From assembly GCA_963735035.1 (NCBI GenBank), contig CAVTJJ010000003.1, positions 480,001 through 544,000 of the forward strand: a stretch of 64,000 bases of DNA. Reading direction: 5' to 3'. The position numbers and the translations under genes are program-made. Numbering within the stretch: the first letter of the stretch is position 1; every line of letters begins with the position of its first letter. Below are positions 1-10,358 of the stretch, in pieces. The notes beneath the pieces were generated by a model. It was not told the DNA's origin. It did not search any database and saw only the letters and a program-made list of their open reading frames with translations. This DNA comes from an uncultured candidate division Zixibacteria bacterium (GTDB lineage Bacteria > Zixibacteria > MSB-5A5 > GN15 > FEB-12).

Positions 1-2
1 AA

Positions 3-458
3 GGCGAAGCCGATGACTTCACCATCCGAAGTCAGGCCGAGATCGCCGAGAGTGTAACTTCGGTTACCAAGACCATGACCGTCCTGCTCGGCTCCATAGC
101 TGCAGTAAGTCTGCTGGTCGGCGGGATAGGCATCATGAATATCATGCTGGTGTCGGTGACAGAGCGGACGCGAGAGATTGGCATACGGCTGTCGGTCGGG
201 GCCCGCGAGAGTGACATCATGGTTCAGTTCCTGACCGAGGCCGTAGTGTTGAGTCTGGCCGGAGGCATAGTTGGCGTGGCCCTGTCCTTTGCCACCGTAG
301 CCGGACTGAATCGCTGGTCGGATATGCAGCCGGTCATCACGCCCTACATAGTCACACTGTCGTTCATCTTTTCCGCCGCAATTGGTGTATTTTTTGGAAT
401 TTACCCGGCCCGCAAAGCGGCAGCGATGGATCCGATTGAGGCGCTTCGACACGAGTAG
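3..458 (+). CDS. MacB/FtsX-family ABC transporter permease, C-terminal part (5' truncated by window edge)
   Basis: Frame open from base 3 (GEADDFTIRSQAEI...); motifs SLLVGGIGIMNIMLVSVTERTREIGIR and GIYPARKAAAMDPIEALRHE. Confidence 0.92.
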   Translation, partial: GEADDFTIRSQAEIAESVTSVTKTMTVLLGSIAAVSLLVGGIGIMNIMLVSVTERTREIGIRLSVGARESDIMVQFLTEAVVLSLAGGIVGVALSFATVAGLNRWSDMQPVITPYIVTLSFIFSAAIGVFFGIYPARKAAAMDPIEALRHE

Positions 459-490
459 TCTTTTTTTACTTTGGCTGGAAGGCATAGGAT

Positions 491-1393
491 ATGTCACACA
501 ATCCATTCTTGATCACGGTTCGGGCGGCCCTGCTGACATTGCTTATATCAGCCATGCACAGTCCCTGCCGGGCCGGCAAATCGGTAGAAGCCGACAGTCG
601 CTGGGCGGAGCGACAAATCCGGGTGGATGGACGATCCGACGACTGGGTAAGCGTTCAGGGGGCTTACCTGTCAGACCAGAACGCCGCGTTTGCGTTCTGC
701 AACGACAGTGATTTTTTATACGTGCTATTTCGCACCACTGACCCGCGTTGGACCCGGACAATCAAAGCCACTGGCATCACGCTCTACTTTGACGCCAAAG
801 GCGGCAAGAAGAAGGATGCCTCCATCTGCTTCAAAGTCGGACCGACTATGGAACAGGTCATGGCCATGCGAGAGAACGGTTCCGTACCGGAACGGAACAG
901 ACCCAGACCGGACGGCCGGCGAGCTTTTGAGATGGACGAAGCCCCTATACCGCCGTCGCTGACTTCAAGCTCCAAAGAGCGTCTCAAGGACGAGTCAATA
1001 CCGCTCGATGGCACGGCCGGACCGGCGGCGGCGTTTGACACCTGTCAGGGATTCTTCACCTACGAATTCCGGGTGCCGTTATCCATAGACAAGAAATATG
1101 TTCTCGGCGTAGGGGCCAAACCGGGCCAGGGAATTTCGGTAGGGGCAGTCTGGGGCGAAATGGGTGAAATGATGTCGCCCGGTGATGGACCTGAAGGCGG
1201 CATCGGAGGCCCTCCCGGCGGCGGACTGGGAGGCTCCGGCGGCGGCATGGGTATGCCACGCGAAGGTGAAATGGGTGGACCGGGCGGTCGCAGGGAAGGC
1301 GGGGAACGTCTGCAAATGCCCAGGAAGCAGGAGATATGGATGAAGGTTCCGCTCGCTTCACCACCGATGCCTGCTTCGGCTGAGACAAAATAG
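491..1393 (+). CDS. Secreted hypothetical protein with Gly/Pro/Met-rich low-complexity C-terminal segment
   Basis: 300 aa ORF, signal-peptide-like N terminus, AGGA upstream, GGPPGGGLGG tract. Confidence 0.75.
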   Translation: MSHNPFLITVRAALLTLLISAMHSPCRAGKSVEADSRWAERQIRVDGRSDDWVSVQGAYLSDQNAAFAFCNDSDFLYVLFRTTDPRWTRTIKATGITLYFDAKGGKKKDASICFKVGPTMEQVMAMRENGSVPERNRPRPDGRRAFEMDEAPIPPSLTSSSKERLKDESIPLDGTAGPAAAFDTCQGFFTYEFRVPLSIDKKYVLGVGAKPGQGISVGAVWGEMGEMMSPGDGPEGGIGGPPGGGLGGSGGGMGMPREGEMGGPGGRREGGERLQMPRKQEIWMKVPLASPPMPASAETK

Positions 1394-1452
1394 TCTACGG
1401 GCTTTTGTGCACTTCGTGCAGAGCACTACCACACAGTTACTCTAAGTACCCA

Positions 1453-1484
1453 AAAGGGTCGGTCCCCGTAGGGACCGACCCTTT
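1453..1484. terminator. Intrinsic, probably bidirectional, terminator between convergent genes
   Basis: Perfect 14-bp stem AAAGGGTCGGTCCC-cgta-GGGACCGACCCTTT. Confidence 0.8.
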
Positions 1485-1510
1485 ACCACAACGAACAGCT
1501 GGAACTGCCC

Positions 1511-2641
1511 TTATTTTTTCGTTTTCATGCCGGGCGGCTGAGTCTCCGCCGTGCGTCCGTCATCATGGCAATCACTGCAGACCGCGTCGGCCTCGTAACT
1601 GCGGTTCGGGTGACAAGCCGTACAATCCATCTCGGAATGCACATCATCGAGCTTCAGACCCGTCACGGCGTGAGTAAACGTTTCCTGAGTCCAACCACCG
1701 TGACAGTTGATGCACATCCGATTTATCTTGGAGATCCTCTTACCCGTCGGATGACACGACCAACAATCAAGTTCGGAATGATACGGGTTAAGTGGCCAAC
1801 CGGTCGTATTATGGGAGAAGCCTGGCCGTTCCTTGGTGTCATGGCATTTGGCGCAAGCGTCCTGCTTATGGCAATCGTTGCAGATCGCGTGTACCTGCTC
1901 CTGTGACTTGCGCGGACCGGGGGTGCGCTGCAGATCATGGCAATAGCCGCAATTCTCCTGGCGGTGGCAGTTGACACATCGGAATCCAAATAGATCGATA
2001 TGCTCTTTGTGCTGGAATGTAACAATCGGGCCGATCTTGTACGGCGTGTCGTACACCTTCTTGGCCGGAACCGCGATAACCGGATGAGAGCGGCCTATGA
2101 TATCCGTCGAATCGTTCATGCTCTCCCCCACATTGGCGCCCGGCACGGGAAGATGACAGACGATGCACTTGGTATCGTGACTCCATTCACGATGGCACGA
2201 AAGACACTGACGGTGATAGGCGCCTTTCAATCCCGGCTGCGACAGGTTCTTCGGATTGACCTGGCTTTCATGGCAGTCTTTACATGGCGGAATCTGGCCG
2301 GGTGGACTGAAATGGTGGCAGGCCGAGCAACTGTCTTTCATTTCGGCCATGGAGGCGTGCAGCTTGTGATTGAAATGCACCGGCTGATACTCATCCGCCA
2401 GCTCTTTCAAGAGCAGTGTGTCGGGTGCTTCAGACAATGGATGCTGGACGGTCGTGTGCGTCATCGTATGTGTCGGGCATTGGTTCAGACATGGATTCTT
2501 GGCCGTCGGCACCGGACAGGTATGACACGACCCACAATCTATCTTATCCATTGGATTGGCGACATCCTGGGCAGCCCCCCACGACTGCATCCAGGACGTC
2601 AATCCGAACGCAAAAACTAGTATTGCTAACAAATGTTTCAT
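1511..2641 (-). CDS. Periplasmic multiheme cytochrome c (13 CxxCH motifs; cytochrome c3-like domains)
   Basis: Signal peptide; CGSCH, CSACH, CKDCH, CLSCH, CIVCH, CVNCH, CGYCH, CNDCH, CAKCH, CWSCH, CINCH, CTACH, CSDCH; c3-type VHFNHKLH and AYHRQC motifs. Confidence 0.93.
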   Translation of the reverse strand: MKHLLAILVFAFGLTSWMQSWGAAQDVANPMDKIDCGSCHTCPVPTAKNPCLNQCPTHTMTHTTVQHPLSEAPDTLLLKELADEYQPVHFNHKLHASMAEMKDSCSACHHFSPPGQIPPCKDCHESQVNPKNLSQPGLKGAYHRQCLSCHREWSHDTKCIVCHLPVPGANVGESMNDSTDIIGRSHPVIAVPAKKVYDTPYKIGPIVTFQHKEHIDLFGFRCVNCHRQENCGYCHDLQRTPGPRKSQEQVHAICNDCHKQDACAKCHDTKERPGFSHNTTGWPLNPYHSELDCWSCHPTGKRISKINRMCINCHGGWTQETFTHAVTGLKLDDVHSEMDCTACHPNRSYEADAVCSDCHDDGRTAETQPPGMKTKK

Positions 2642-2642
2642 T

Positions 2643-3917
2643 TCATCTCGCTTTGTAAACCGTGGTTTGAGTCGGCGCCATTTGAACTCTTGCGTCGACT
2701 TTGCCGTTTTGTCCGCCGCCGGAAATCACCGGGAAGTTGAGTACCACAAACCGATAGACTAACACGAGCGCCGATATCAGGCCGATCGTCACCATGATCT
2801 CATAGATCGATGGAAAGTAGGTCTTCTCGGGATACAGTGGTTCATAGGCAACCAGGAACACGTTGATACGATTGAGAGCCACCCCAAAGATCACCAGAGT
2901 GGCCGAAATGAACAAACCTTTCACGGAATGCCTGACCTTCGGTATCGATAGCAGAATCACCGGCAGGATCACACCGAGCGTCAGTTCGATGATGAACATG
3001 AACGATTCAAGATCACCGGCGAAAACATACGGCCAGACCTCACGCAGCGTAAGATCCCCGATCTTGACCGCTAGATACGCGCCGAGAAGAACCGGCGTAT
3101 AGCGGGCAATCGACGACAACACCGGCAGCTCCGGTTTCAACTTGAAAGAGCGCGAGGCGAGGATCGATTCGAATATGACCATCGGGAAACCGACTGCGAT
3201 CGCCGACATCAGAAACAGCAAAGGCGAGATCGGCGTGTACCAGAGAGCATGCATCTTGGTCGGCGCTATTAGCATGAGCGTACCGAGAGACGATTGGTGC
3301 AAACAGGAGAGCACTACGCCGGCAATGATGAATACGGAAATAAACCGGCCGAGATATTGTTCACAGACATCGAGCCAGGCTTCGACTATTCTATTGAGAA
3401 TGCCGAGCGGACCCGGCAGATTGACCTTGCCCTTGAACCGCTCGACGACGATGGGCAGGAACTCGATGTACAGCACGGTCAGGTAGATCATGACACACAT
3501 GCCGACTTCGAACAGAACCGAGTTCCCCTGCCACATACTGGGCAGCATCGGGTGCCAGACGTTGTAATAACGTCCGAGATCAGCCAACAGGCCGATCACC
3601 ACGAAAGTATATCCGAGCATCGCGGTGAGAAGCGCCGGGCGCACGATCACGTGGTATTTTTCCTTGTGGAAGATATCGGCCAAAGCAGCGGTGGTGAATC
3701 CTCCAGCCGCCAGGGCTACACCGGAGGCCACATCAATAGCAATCCAAATGCCCCAGGGGTATTGATTGTCGAGATTGGTGGCGGCGCCGATGCCGGCGAT
3801 CAACCGATAGGCATAAGCCGCCATTCCAGCCAGCATGATGGCAAACATGACTTTGGTGCCACCCGAGAAGAACTTCACCGGCACCGGGGCGGCCGCCTCG
3901 TGGCTATGCTTACTCAT
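2643..3917 (-). CDS. NrfD/PsrC/HybB/HmcC-family quinone-interacting membrane subunit
   Basis: YPWGIWIAIDVASGVALAAGGF, DLGRYYN, SVLFEV, LHQSSLG motifs; many TM helices; start taken at MSKHSHE, overlapping the upstream stop. Confidence 0.92.
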   Translation of the reverse strand: MSKHSHEAAAPVPVKFFSGGTKVMFAIMLAGMAAYAYRLIAGIGAATNLDNQYPWGIWIAIDVASGVALAAGGFTTAALADIFHKEKYHVIVRPALLTAMLGYTFVVIGLLADLGRYYNVWHPMLPSMWQGNSVLFEVGMCVMIYLTVLYIEFLPIVVERFKGKVNLPGPLGILNRIVEAWLDVCEQYLGRFISVFIIAGVVLSCLHQSSLGTLMLIAPTKMHALWYTPISPLLFLMSAIAVGFPMVIFESILASRSFKLKPELPVLSSIARYTPVLLGAYLAVKIGDLTLREVWPYVFAGDLESFMFIIELTLGVILPVILLSIPKVRHSVKGLFISATLVIFGVALNRINVFLVAYEPLYPEKTYFPSIYEIMVTIGLISALVLVYRFVVLNFPVISGGGQNGKVDARVQMAPTQTTVYKAR

Positions 3918-4818
3918 GGGTCGTCTCCTTGCTGCTCGGATCACGCAGGGAATGCATTACCAGACCGAGCAGGCCATAGAGCGCGAGCGGTGGAACGAAT
4001 GACTTAAAGACACCGTGCTGAATTACTTCGGTCACGTCGGGGATCGGCTCCTCGCCCAGTTTTGGCAGGCCGGCAGCCGTCATGTCGGTGGCGGCAAGAT
4101 ACATCCAACTCGTGCCACCAATTTCCTTCTCGCCGTAGATGTGCTCAACGTAGCGTCCGGGGTTGGCCCGGAACCGGCTTTGCGCGATGTCCAGCAACTC
4201 CTCGCGAGTACCGAATATCAGCGCTTCGCTCGGACAGATTTCCACACAGGCCGGTTTCTTCCCTTTTTCCAACCTTGGAGCACAGAAGGTGCACTTGCGT
4301 ACCTGCGGATCAAGAGCATTTTGGTATTCATACGCCGGAATCTGAAACGGACAGGCCACCATGCAGTACCTGCAACCGATACATTTCCAGGCATCGTACC
4401 CAACCGGGCCGCTATCTGTCTTTTTAAGCGCCCCGACAATACAAGCAGAAGCACAGGCCGGATCGTTGCAGTGCATACACTGCACTTTGAGCATGTACAA
4501 CTTGTCGGTACCATCGCTCGCCGGGAAAGTGTTGACGACAGTAAAGGCGGCATCGGTTGGACGGCGCCGTTTCTGAAACACGGACTTGTCTTCGAACGCT
4601 TTCAGTTCCTGGGTGGGCAGCGCGTTGGCATCGTTACAAGCCCATTCACACTTGCGGCAACCGATGCAGGCGACCGTATCGACTATGACACCGAAGGTTT
4701 TGTCGCCGTTAAACGATCCTTTGATTTCGCTGCTGTCACTCGCGAGCGCAGAACCGGCAAGTGCTGTGATTGACCCCAGGGCACTTAGTTTGAAAAAATC
4801 TCTTCGCCCAATATCCAT
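3910..4818 (-). CDS. Tat-exported 4Fe-4S dicluster protein (HybA/HmcB/NrfC family) with C-terminal membrane anchor
   Basis: RRDFFK Tat motif; CIGCRKCEWAC, CMHCNDPACASAC, CIGCRYCMVACP, CTFC...PACVEICP. Confidence 0.93.
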   Translation of the reverse strand: MDIGRRDFFKLSALGSITALAGSALASDSSEIKGSFNGDKTFGVIVDTVACIGCRKCEWACNDANALPTQELKAFEDKSVFQKRRRPTDAAFTVVNTFPASDGTDKLYMLKVQCMHCNDPACASACIVGALKKTDSGPVGYDAWKCIGCRYCMVACPFQIPAYEYQNALDPQVRKCTFCAPRLEKGKKPACVEICPSEALIFGTREELLDIAQSRFRANPGRYVEHIYGEKEIGGTSWMYLAATDMTAAGLPKLGEEPIPDVTEVIQHGVFKSFVPPLALYGLLGLVMHSLRDPSSKETTHE

Positions 4819-4863
4819 GAGGTTACTCCGAAAATAATTCGAGTCTTGCGACCTTGCGCATTA

Positions 4864-4879
4864 TGTGAAAATTTTCACA
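4864..4879. promoter_or_regulatory. Palindromic operator (Rex-like or CRP/FNR-family-like)
   Basis: Perfect 16-bp palindrome TGTGAAAATTTTCACA about 45 bp upstream of the Fe-S gene start. Confidence 0.7.
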
Positions 4880-4918
4880 CATCGTGGTAAATCTCAACTT
4901 TCAATACCATCAGTGTTA

Positions 4919-4947
4919 TATTTAGCATAACTTTCATTCGATGTCAA
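4919..4947 (-). promoter_or_regulatory. Sigma70-type promoter of the Fe-S/NrfD/cytochrome operon
   Basis: TTGACA-17 bp-TAAATA with extended TGn on the minus strand. Confidence 0.55.
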
Positions 4948-5223
4948 GACGGAAAGTCATGGTTCTGTCACGAAAAATCTGCGTGTCGGCGTATTGTATT
5001 GTAGCACAACATGGTACGCGATGCACTGACGAGGCTCAATACACACCTCGGGTGACCTTATTAACCCACCCTGTCCTAATTGAGCCCATTTCAGTCATGA
5101 ATTTGGCGCTATCGAGACTAACCTTCCCACCCCCCTGATATGGTAATAGTTTTGGTCGCGCGGGTTCAGGCTTTTCAACTGTCGCGGTCTCTGCGACCGC
5201 TGTTGGCCTACGAGTTTCTTCGA

Positions 5224-6777
5224 CTAGTCCACCAGCGCTCGCTCAAAACTGACCGCGTTCAGAGTCGAATCGACATAGAAGTAGCTCTCGGAATGAAACG
5301 GAACGTACACCAATCCGATCTCAGTTGGGACTATTTCCAGATCTTTCTCTGGCAGTGCCAGGCCATGATCTATCAGCTCTCGACAGATGATCACTTCGGC
5401 CATTGCCCGAGCTTCGTCAGGTCCGATCTGCACAGGCAGATAACGATCGTCCATAACTTCGACCACTTCGGTCGCAAATCGCGATTGGGCCGTAGTCATG
5501 CGGCGAGATAGCTTATGAAGCGATTCATAGTTCCCGGACTTGATGGCCGGAATCATCAAGGCTCTGCATTGATCCGCTCCACCCAACATACTGCCGTACC
5601 GCGAAACGATGTCTTCGGGCAAGCCAAGCCGCCAGAACGGAATCATTTTACCAGATTCTTTGGAGTCAGCACCAACGGCCTCGATTTGAGTAAGTCTTGT
5701 CGCGCTGGAATCCATCATCTGAATAGCGTGACAGTTGGAGCAAAGATATACATGAGAAAGAGTCCCCGGCAGGTCGGCGCCGCAATAATCGCAGCGATGG
5801 AAATCGACTTCGATTTGGCCGGGTGTGAACTGGGATTCGGCGGAGGACACATCCGAAAGCTCCGCGTCCGACTGAGCCAGGTCGGCCACCACTCCCTGAG
5901 CAAGGGTTTCCTCGTACATCAAATCTCTTGGTTCTTCGCCGCGCGAAGAAGACACAGTGATTCGCCCTGAATAAAGCCCAATGCGGTCGTCGTCCAGACC
6001 GGAATCTCGCGGCCGCCGTTGTTCCGGCAGAGTTGCCTTGATCATCCGTCCGACCAGCCCGTCGAGCACGAACCGGCGATAAGTTTCCGCATACTCATCG
6101 ATAATCAGATAGGGGAAATAGATCAAAGACCAAACCGGGTTGAAGAGGCGAGTCAGGTTGCGACCGAAGTCGGCCGGGCTGATTTGAGACAGAGTTTCGA
6201 CCGCCTGCTTCACACTCAGGTTAACCGCGGCCAGCGGGCAAACAACCGGCAAGACATCGAATTCGCCGCCGAGGACCTCATCGGCTAATGGCGTCAGCCC
6301 CACCGTTTCGGAGCGAAGGCCGAGCGATTCGGGAAGCCCGTCGACTTTCACTCCCGCAGCGACTGTGAACAAGTACGGCGTGACCGTCACAGTTGAGCGG
6401 TTGGTCTCGATCACGGTCTCCTGTTCCGATTCGACTTCTCCGGCAATCTTCCTCACTTCGGTGCGATTCCGGAGTTTCAGCACTCGGGCGTCGATCTTCC
6501 AATACGGATAGTAGAGCTTCTTGACCTGAAGTCCGTTGCCGGTTAGAGGGAGATCGTGCTGTTTGAGATATCGGTCGATATGAACGCGAATTTCGTGCGA
6601 CTGCACCCGGGCCACAACCATGAAGGCGGGCGGCACTCCCGGCATGATGAGGCGCAGGGTAGAACCGCAATGCTCACAGCGCGTGACGAAGAAGTCGGCG
6701 TCGAGATGCAGTTCACCACCACAACCCGGACAGCCTACCCCGATGAAGAAACCGCCCGAGGGCTTACTGTTGTTCAC
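5224..6777 (-). CDS. Zinc-ribbon protein with two repeated units (YdjG-like)
   Basis: CPGC..CEHC and CDYC..CSNC ribbons, each followed by YYPYW / MIPFW and LIYFPY / LVYVPF motifs; likely GTG start overlapping the SPFH gene end. Confidence 0.7.
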   Translation of the reverse strand: MNNSKPSGGFFIGVGCPGCGGELHLDADFFVTRCEHCGSTLRLIMPGVPPAFMVVARVQSHEIRVHIDRYLKQHDLPLTGNGLQVKKLYYPYWKIDARVLKLRNRTEVRKIAGEVESEQETVIETNRSTVTVTPYLFTVAAGVKVDGLPESLGLRSETVGLTPLADEVLGGEFDVLPVVCPLAAVNLSVKQAVETLSQISPADFGRNLTRLFNPVWSLIYFPYLIIDEYAETYRRFVLDGLVGRMIKATLPEQRRPRDSGLDDDRIGLYSGRITVSSSRGEEPRDLMYEETLAQGVVADLAQSDAELSDVSSAESQFTPGQIEVDFHRCDYCGADLPGTLSHVYLCSNCHAIQMMDSSATRLTQIEAVGADSKESGKMIPFWRLGLPEDIVSRYGSMLGGADQCRALMIPAIKSGNYESLHKLSRRMTTAQSRFATEVVEVMDDRYLPVQIGPDEARAMAEVIICRELIDHGLALPEKDLEIVPTEIGLVYVPFHSESYFYVDSTLNAVSFERALVD

Positions 6778-7891
6778 TCCGGTCAACCGCCTTGCCGCAT
6801 TCGCCGCAGTATTTCGAACCCGCAATCAGTTCCGCCGAGCAATGGGGACACTTCGGGCGGGCGTTCAGTTGAGCGCCACAGTTCAGACAGAATTTGGCCT
6901 CGGCCGGAAGTTGCTGGCTGCAGGCCGGGCAAACGTTCTGCGCTACCATCTGATGGCCGCAGCGATAGCAGTAGCGCGATTGCTCCGGCGTTTCGGTGTG
7001 GCATTTGGGACAGGTAACGGCCGAAACCGACTCGCGCTTCAACTCGGTCTGCTCGGGAGCAAAGACCTTGTTCAACATGGCGGGCATCATGACGCCGACT
7101 CCGGCCGCCATACCCAGTCCGGCCCCGGCCGTTCCGGCGCCGCCTGATGTCCCCAATCCTTTGGCCATCTCGAACTTGAGAAACTTGTCCAGATCGCCAA
7201 CCGCTTCCATTCCGGAGCGCTGATCGATCATCCGCGCCACCTCGTCCGGCGGCGTGATCGACGAGATAAAGAAATCGACCAGTTCGAGGCCGTATTTCTC
7301 GAACTCTACTTTGACGATCTCCTTGAACTTCGCGGCCAGTTCCGTATAGATCGCCGGCAATTCGAGAATCGAGCCGAGGTCTTCGCCGAGGAGGTCGTTC
7401 ATGCGCGCGATGATGACATCGCGGAGATAATCCTGTATGTCGCCGGTGGTATACCGCGCCTGACGACCCACCACCGTGTTTAGAAACAGAGCCGGTTGTT
7501 TGATGCGCATGGTGAAAGCGCCGTGGCCCCGAAGTCGGATAAGGCCGAGCTTGCTGTCCTGGAACGTGACCGGATAGCGCGTACCCCACTTGAGATCGGT
7601 GAAAGTCTTCAGATTGACGAAATAGACTTCGGCCCGAAACGGTGAGTCGAAGCCGAAAGGAAACGCCAGCAGCCGGGTAAGAATCGGGATGTTTTTCGTA
7701 GACAGAGTATGTCGCCCGACCGCAAACGAGTCGGCGGCGTGGCCGTCTTTGAAGAAGATCGCCATCTGACTGTCGCGTACGATCAATTGGGCGCCCAGCT
7801 TGAAATCGGCCGATCCCTCCTGCGGAAGGCGATAGATCATTTCCTGACCGGTTGGGTCGATCCATTCTATAACTTCGATCAATAGAGACAT
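6764..7891 (-). CDS. SPFH (band 7)/YdjI-like protein with C-terminal double zinc ribbons
   Basis: [40 protein letters not shown]; three CPxC...YC/FCxxCG ribbons. Confidence 0.88.
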   Translation of the reverse strand: MSLLIEVIEWIDPTGQEMIYRLPQEGSADFKLGAQLIVRDSQMAIFFKDGHAADSFAVGRHTLSTKNIPILTRLLAFPFGFDSPFRAEVYFVNLKTFTDLKWGTRYPVTFQDSKLGLIRLRGHGAFTMRIKQPALFLNTVVGRQARYTTGDIQDYLRDVIIARMNDLLGEDLGSILELPAIYTELAAKFKEIVKVEFEKYGLELVDFFISSITPPDEVARMIDQRSGMEAVGDLDKFLKFEMAKGLGTSGGAGTAGAGLGMAAGVGVMMPAMLNKVFAPEQTELKRESVSAVTCPKCHTETPEQSRYCYRCGHQMVAQNVCPACSQQLPAEAKFCLNCGAQLNARPKCPHCSAELIAGSKYCGECGKAVDRSEQQ

Positions 7892-8091
7892 AGTAGCTCC
7901 TCAGTTTCCAGGGCAGATTTCCCCTGCTACTTCTTATGATCGACCGGTTGGTAGAAGTGCTTGAATCAAGAATTGGTATGGTCTGCCCAAACGGACTTGG
8001 GGAAGGAGCGGAAGGTCCGGCCAAGTCTTGATAGCTCGCCGTCGACTAGCGGACGGGCGAGTGTGACCTCACCGACAAGATGTGTTATATG

Positions 8092-8880
8092 TTAGATATG
8101 GGAGTTAAGCGCCCTTCGCGGTTCATCGTCATAATAAGCGTGTCTCCAAGCAAGGTGCTCGCATAAGCCATCAAGATCGGGTAAGAGCGTTGATCGGTTG
8201 ACTCCGAGTATGTGCAGTTGCTTTCTGATTCCTGGAAAAGCACTGGGAGGAACACGTACTTTAGTAAGCTTGAAGAAGTAAGCTTTGTTCTTTTCGAAGG
8301 GCACTACATGTCCTGTGCGGTCTATTTGGTGAACGGTAAAAGCACCTGCTTGAGCGGATATTCTGTTGCTTACTATTCTCGGCCGAAAGACCTTTGTAGT
8401 TGTGTTAGACAGAGGATTGAATCTCCTTGTATCCAATCTGAAATCATCCAACAGAGGAGCCAGTATCCAGACAATACCGTCCTCCGGAGCATCCTCTTTG
8501 TCTATATAAGGCGGCTTACTTACTGCAAACCACAACCCCGTCAGAGCGCTGAATGACCAATCGAGCAGCCTCGTTGGAAGACCGTGATGCTGAGCAAGTG
8601 ATAGCACATCCCATTTGTCTTCTGGGATTGACTTAGACAGAAGGCGGCTTGTTCTTGTGAACTCACGTATAATCAATTGTTCGATCTTCTTGATCTTGCC
8701 CTTAAGCTTATGTTCACGATCAAGTCTGGCCAGTCGCGGAAGAAGCGGCAAATCGCGTCTCTGTCCCCGAAAGAGTAAATCGGCATTGTTCCGAGCCTTT
8801 TCAGCTGCTTCTTTGATTTCGTCCACAAGCGAGACATACTCCTGGACATTGTTGATCACTTTAACGCGACGCTTTACCAA
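8092..8880 (-). CDS. FRG domain-containing protein
   Basis: LLFRGQ, LAQHHGLPTRLLDWS, NRISAQAGAF, LLPDLDG motifs; GGAGG upstream of TTG start; AT-richer than flanks. Confidence 0.9.
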   Translation of the reverse strand: MVKRRVKVINNVQEYVSLVDEIKEAAEKARNNADLLFRGQRRDLPLLPRLARLDREHKLKGKIKKIEQLIIREFTRTSRLLSKSIPEDKWDVLSLAQHHGLPTRLLDWSFSALTGLWFAVSKPPYIDKEDAPEDGIVWILAPLLDDFRLDTRRFNPLSNTTTKVFRPRIVSNRISAQAGAFTVHQIDRTGHVVPFEKNKAYFFKLTKVRVPPSAFPGIRKQLHILGVNRSTLLPDLDGLCEHLAWRHAYYDDEPRRALNSHI

Positions 8881-9125
8881 ATTGGTCTTCCTCCTTCAAA
8901 GTCTGAGAGGATTCTTCATCAACACAAGTTAGCGCAGTCGTAGAAAATTGACAACGGCATTTATTCGAGATATGCGAGATCATGTGATGTTGCGGAAAGT
9001 ACGGCCGTACGAACTGGCCAATGTCCAAATTGTACAGATGACGTCGTCCGGCGGGTACCATCGAGCACACTCGGCCTTCTGCAAATTGATAGCAGAGCGT
9101 CACCGCCCGAAAACGCGATTGATTT

Positions 9126-10352
9126 TCAGCGACCGAAAGATATCCAGTAAGTCACCGGCGTTTCCGGCTGTTCCTTATCATCGGTGGTGATTGTAATGGC
9201 ACCGGACACATTGGTCCGGGCTTTCATCACGGCCGGTATAGGAACCAATGTTACTTCGTATTGCTTGTCAGCAACGAGAGTATCTACATGAAACATCAAC
9301 CTCTGATCCACATCCTTGACACTGAGAATATGGACCTGCGCCCCGTCCACGGTGCTGATGACTTTGACCACTTGTTTCACCGACTCAGAGTTGGTCTTCG
9401 ACGTATCCACGAAGAACTGAACCGCTTCGGGGGTTATGTCGACATTGCCTACCACCGTTCCCGTAATCGGCAGAGTGGCATCCGGCGTAGCACCGTCACC
9501 GGCGCGGGCAGTGAGAGCCGCATTGATGCGACCGACGGGTATATCAGACGTTCCGTGCACCTCTATCGTCAGGCGACCCGGCGTCGAACCGCTTCCGGGA
9601 ACAGCCTGTACCACTTTGGCGCTGAACTGAGGGGACGAGGAAGTGAATGCTACGGTCTTCGCTATCGAAGGATCCTTCACTATCATCGATGTGCTTATTG
9701 ACACCTGCTTGCCCTTGCGGACTCTTCCCACATCAAGGCTGTATTGTTCGAAACCAAAAACGATCTCAACAAAAGCCGTGATATTCAGCGTAGCCCTTGG
9801 ATTCTTGGGATCGTTTGACTCGACCGTAATTGACTTCTTCTGCTGACCGGTCTTGTGCTTACTGTCGAAAGTAACTTCGATTTTGCCTTCCCCACCCGGG
9901 GGAATGTCCGTGTCGGTTAACACGGCCGCCGTGCAGCCTCACGTGCCCTGAGCTCGAATGAGCCGTAAGGGGGCATTACCGACATTTCGCACCGTGAATT
10001 TGTGTGAGACCATCGCCCCCTGGGCAATCGTGTCAAAATTATGCTCGGGCTCGGGGAAACTGATGCTCGGACTGCCGGAGACCGGCTGGCTCTTGGCCGT
10101 ATCCAGATTCTTGACCGGGGCTTCGGCTCGCGGCGGAACAGTCTCCGTCGCTTTTGACACACGAGAAGAGTCGCCCTTTATGACGGTCCAACCTGCCACT
10201 GCGACAGCTATAACCAGGAGAGTGCCGGCCGCCCAGATAACAGTGTTTCTGAGGTTCAGGCCTCGACTCGACTGCTCGGACCGCGACTGTCTGCGGCCGC
10301 CCGATGCGGTCTTGTCAGCGCCTCTGTTCTTTTGCCTCTTGTGCTTTGCCAT
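9126..10352 (-). CDS. Membrane-anchored DUF1573/Ig-like protein with in-frame TGA; probable selenoprotein (408 aa)
   Basis: ORFs 9939-10352 and 9126-9923 are in the same frame; read-through gives ...FTVRNVGNAPLRLIRAQGT-*-GCTAAVLTDTDIPPGGEGKIEVTFD, where * (9939-9941) aligns to the first Cys of the DUF1573 SCGCT motif. Confidence 0.82.
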
Positions 10353-10358
10353 GTCAAC

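Noticed and set aside
6783..8024. 413-aa alternative-frame ORF over the SPFH gene
   Set aside because: Arg/Ser/Gly-rich off-frame translation with no motifs; overlaps a well-supported gene
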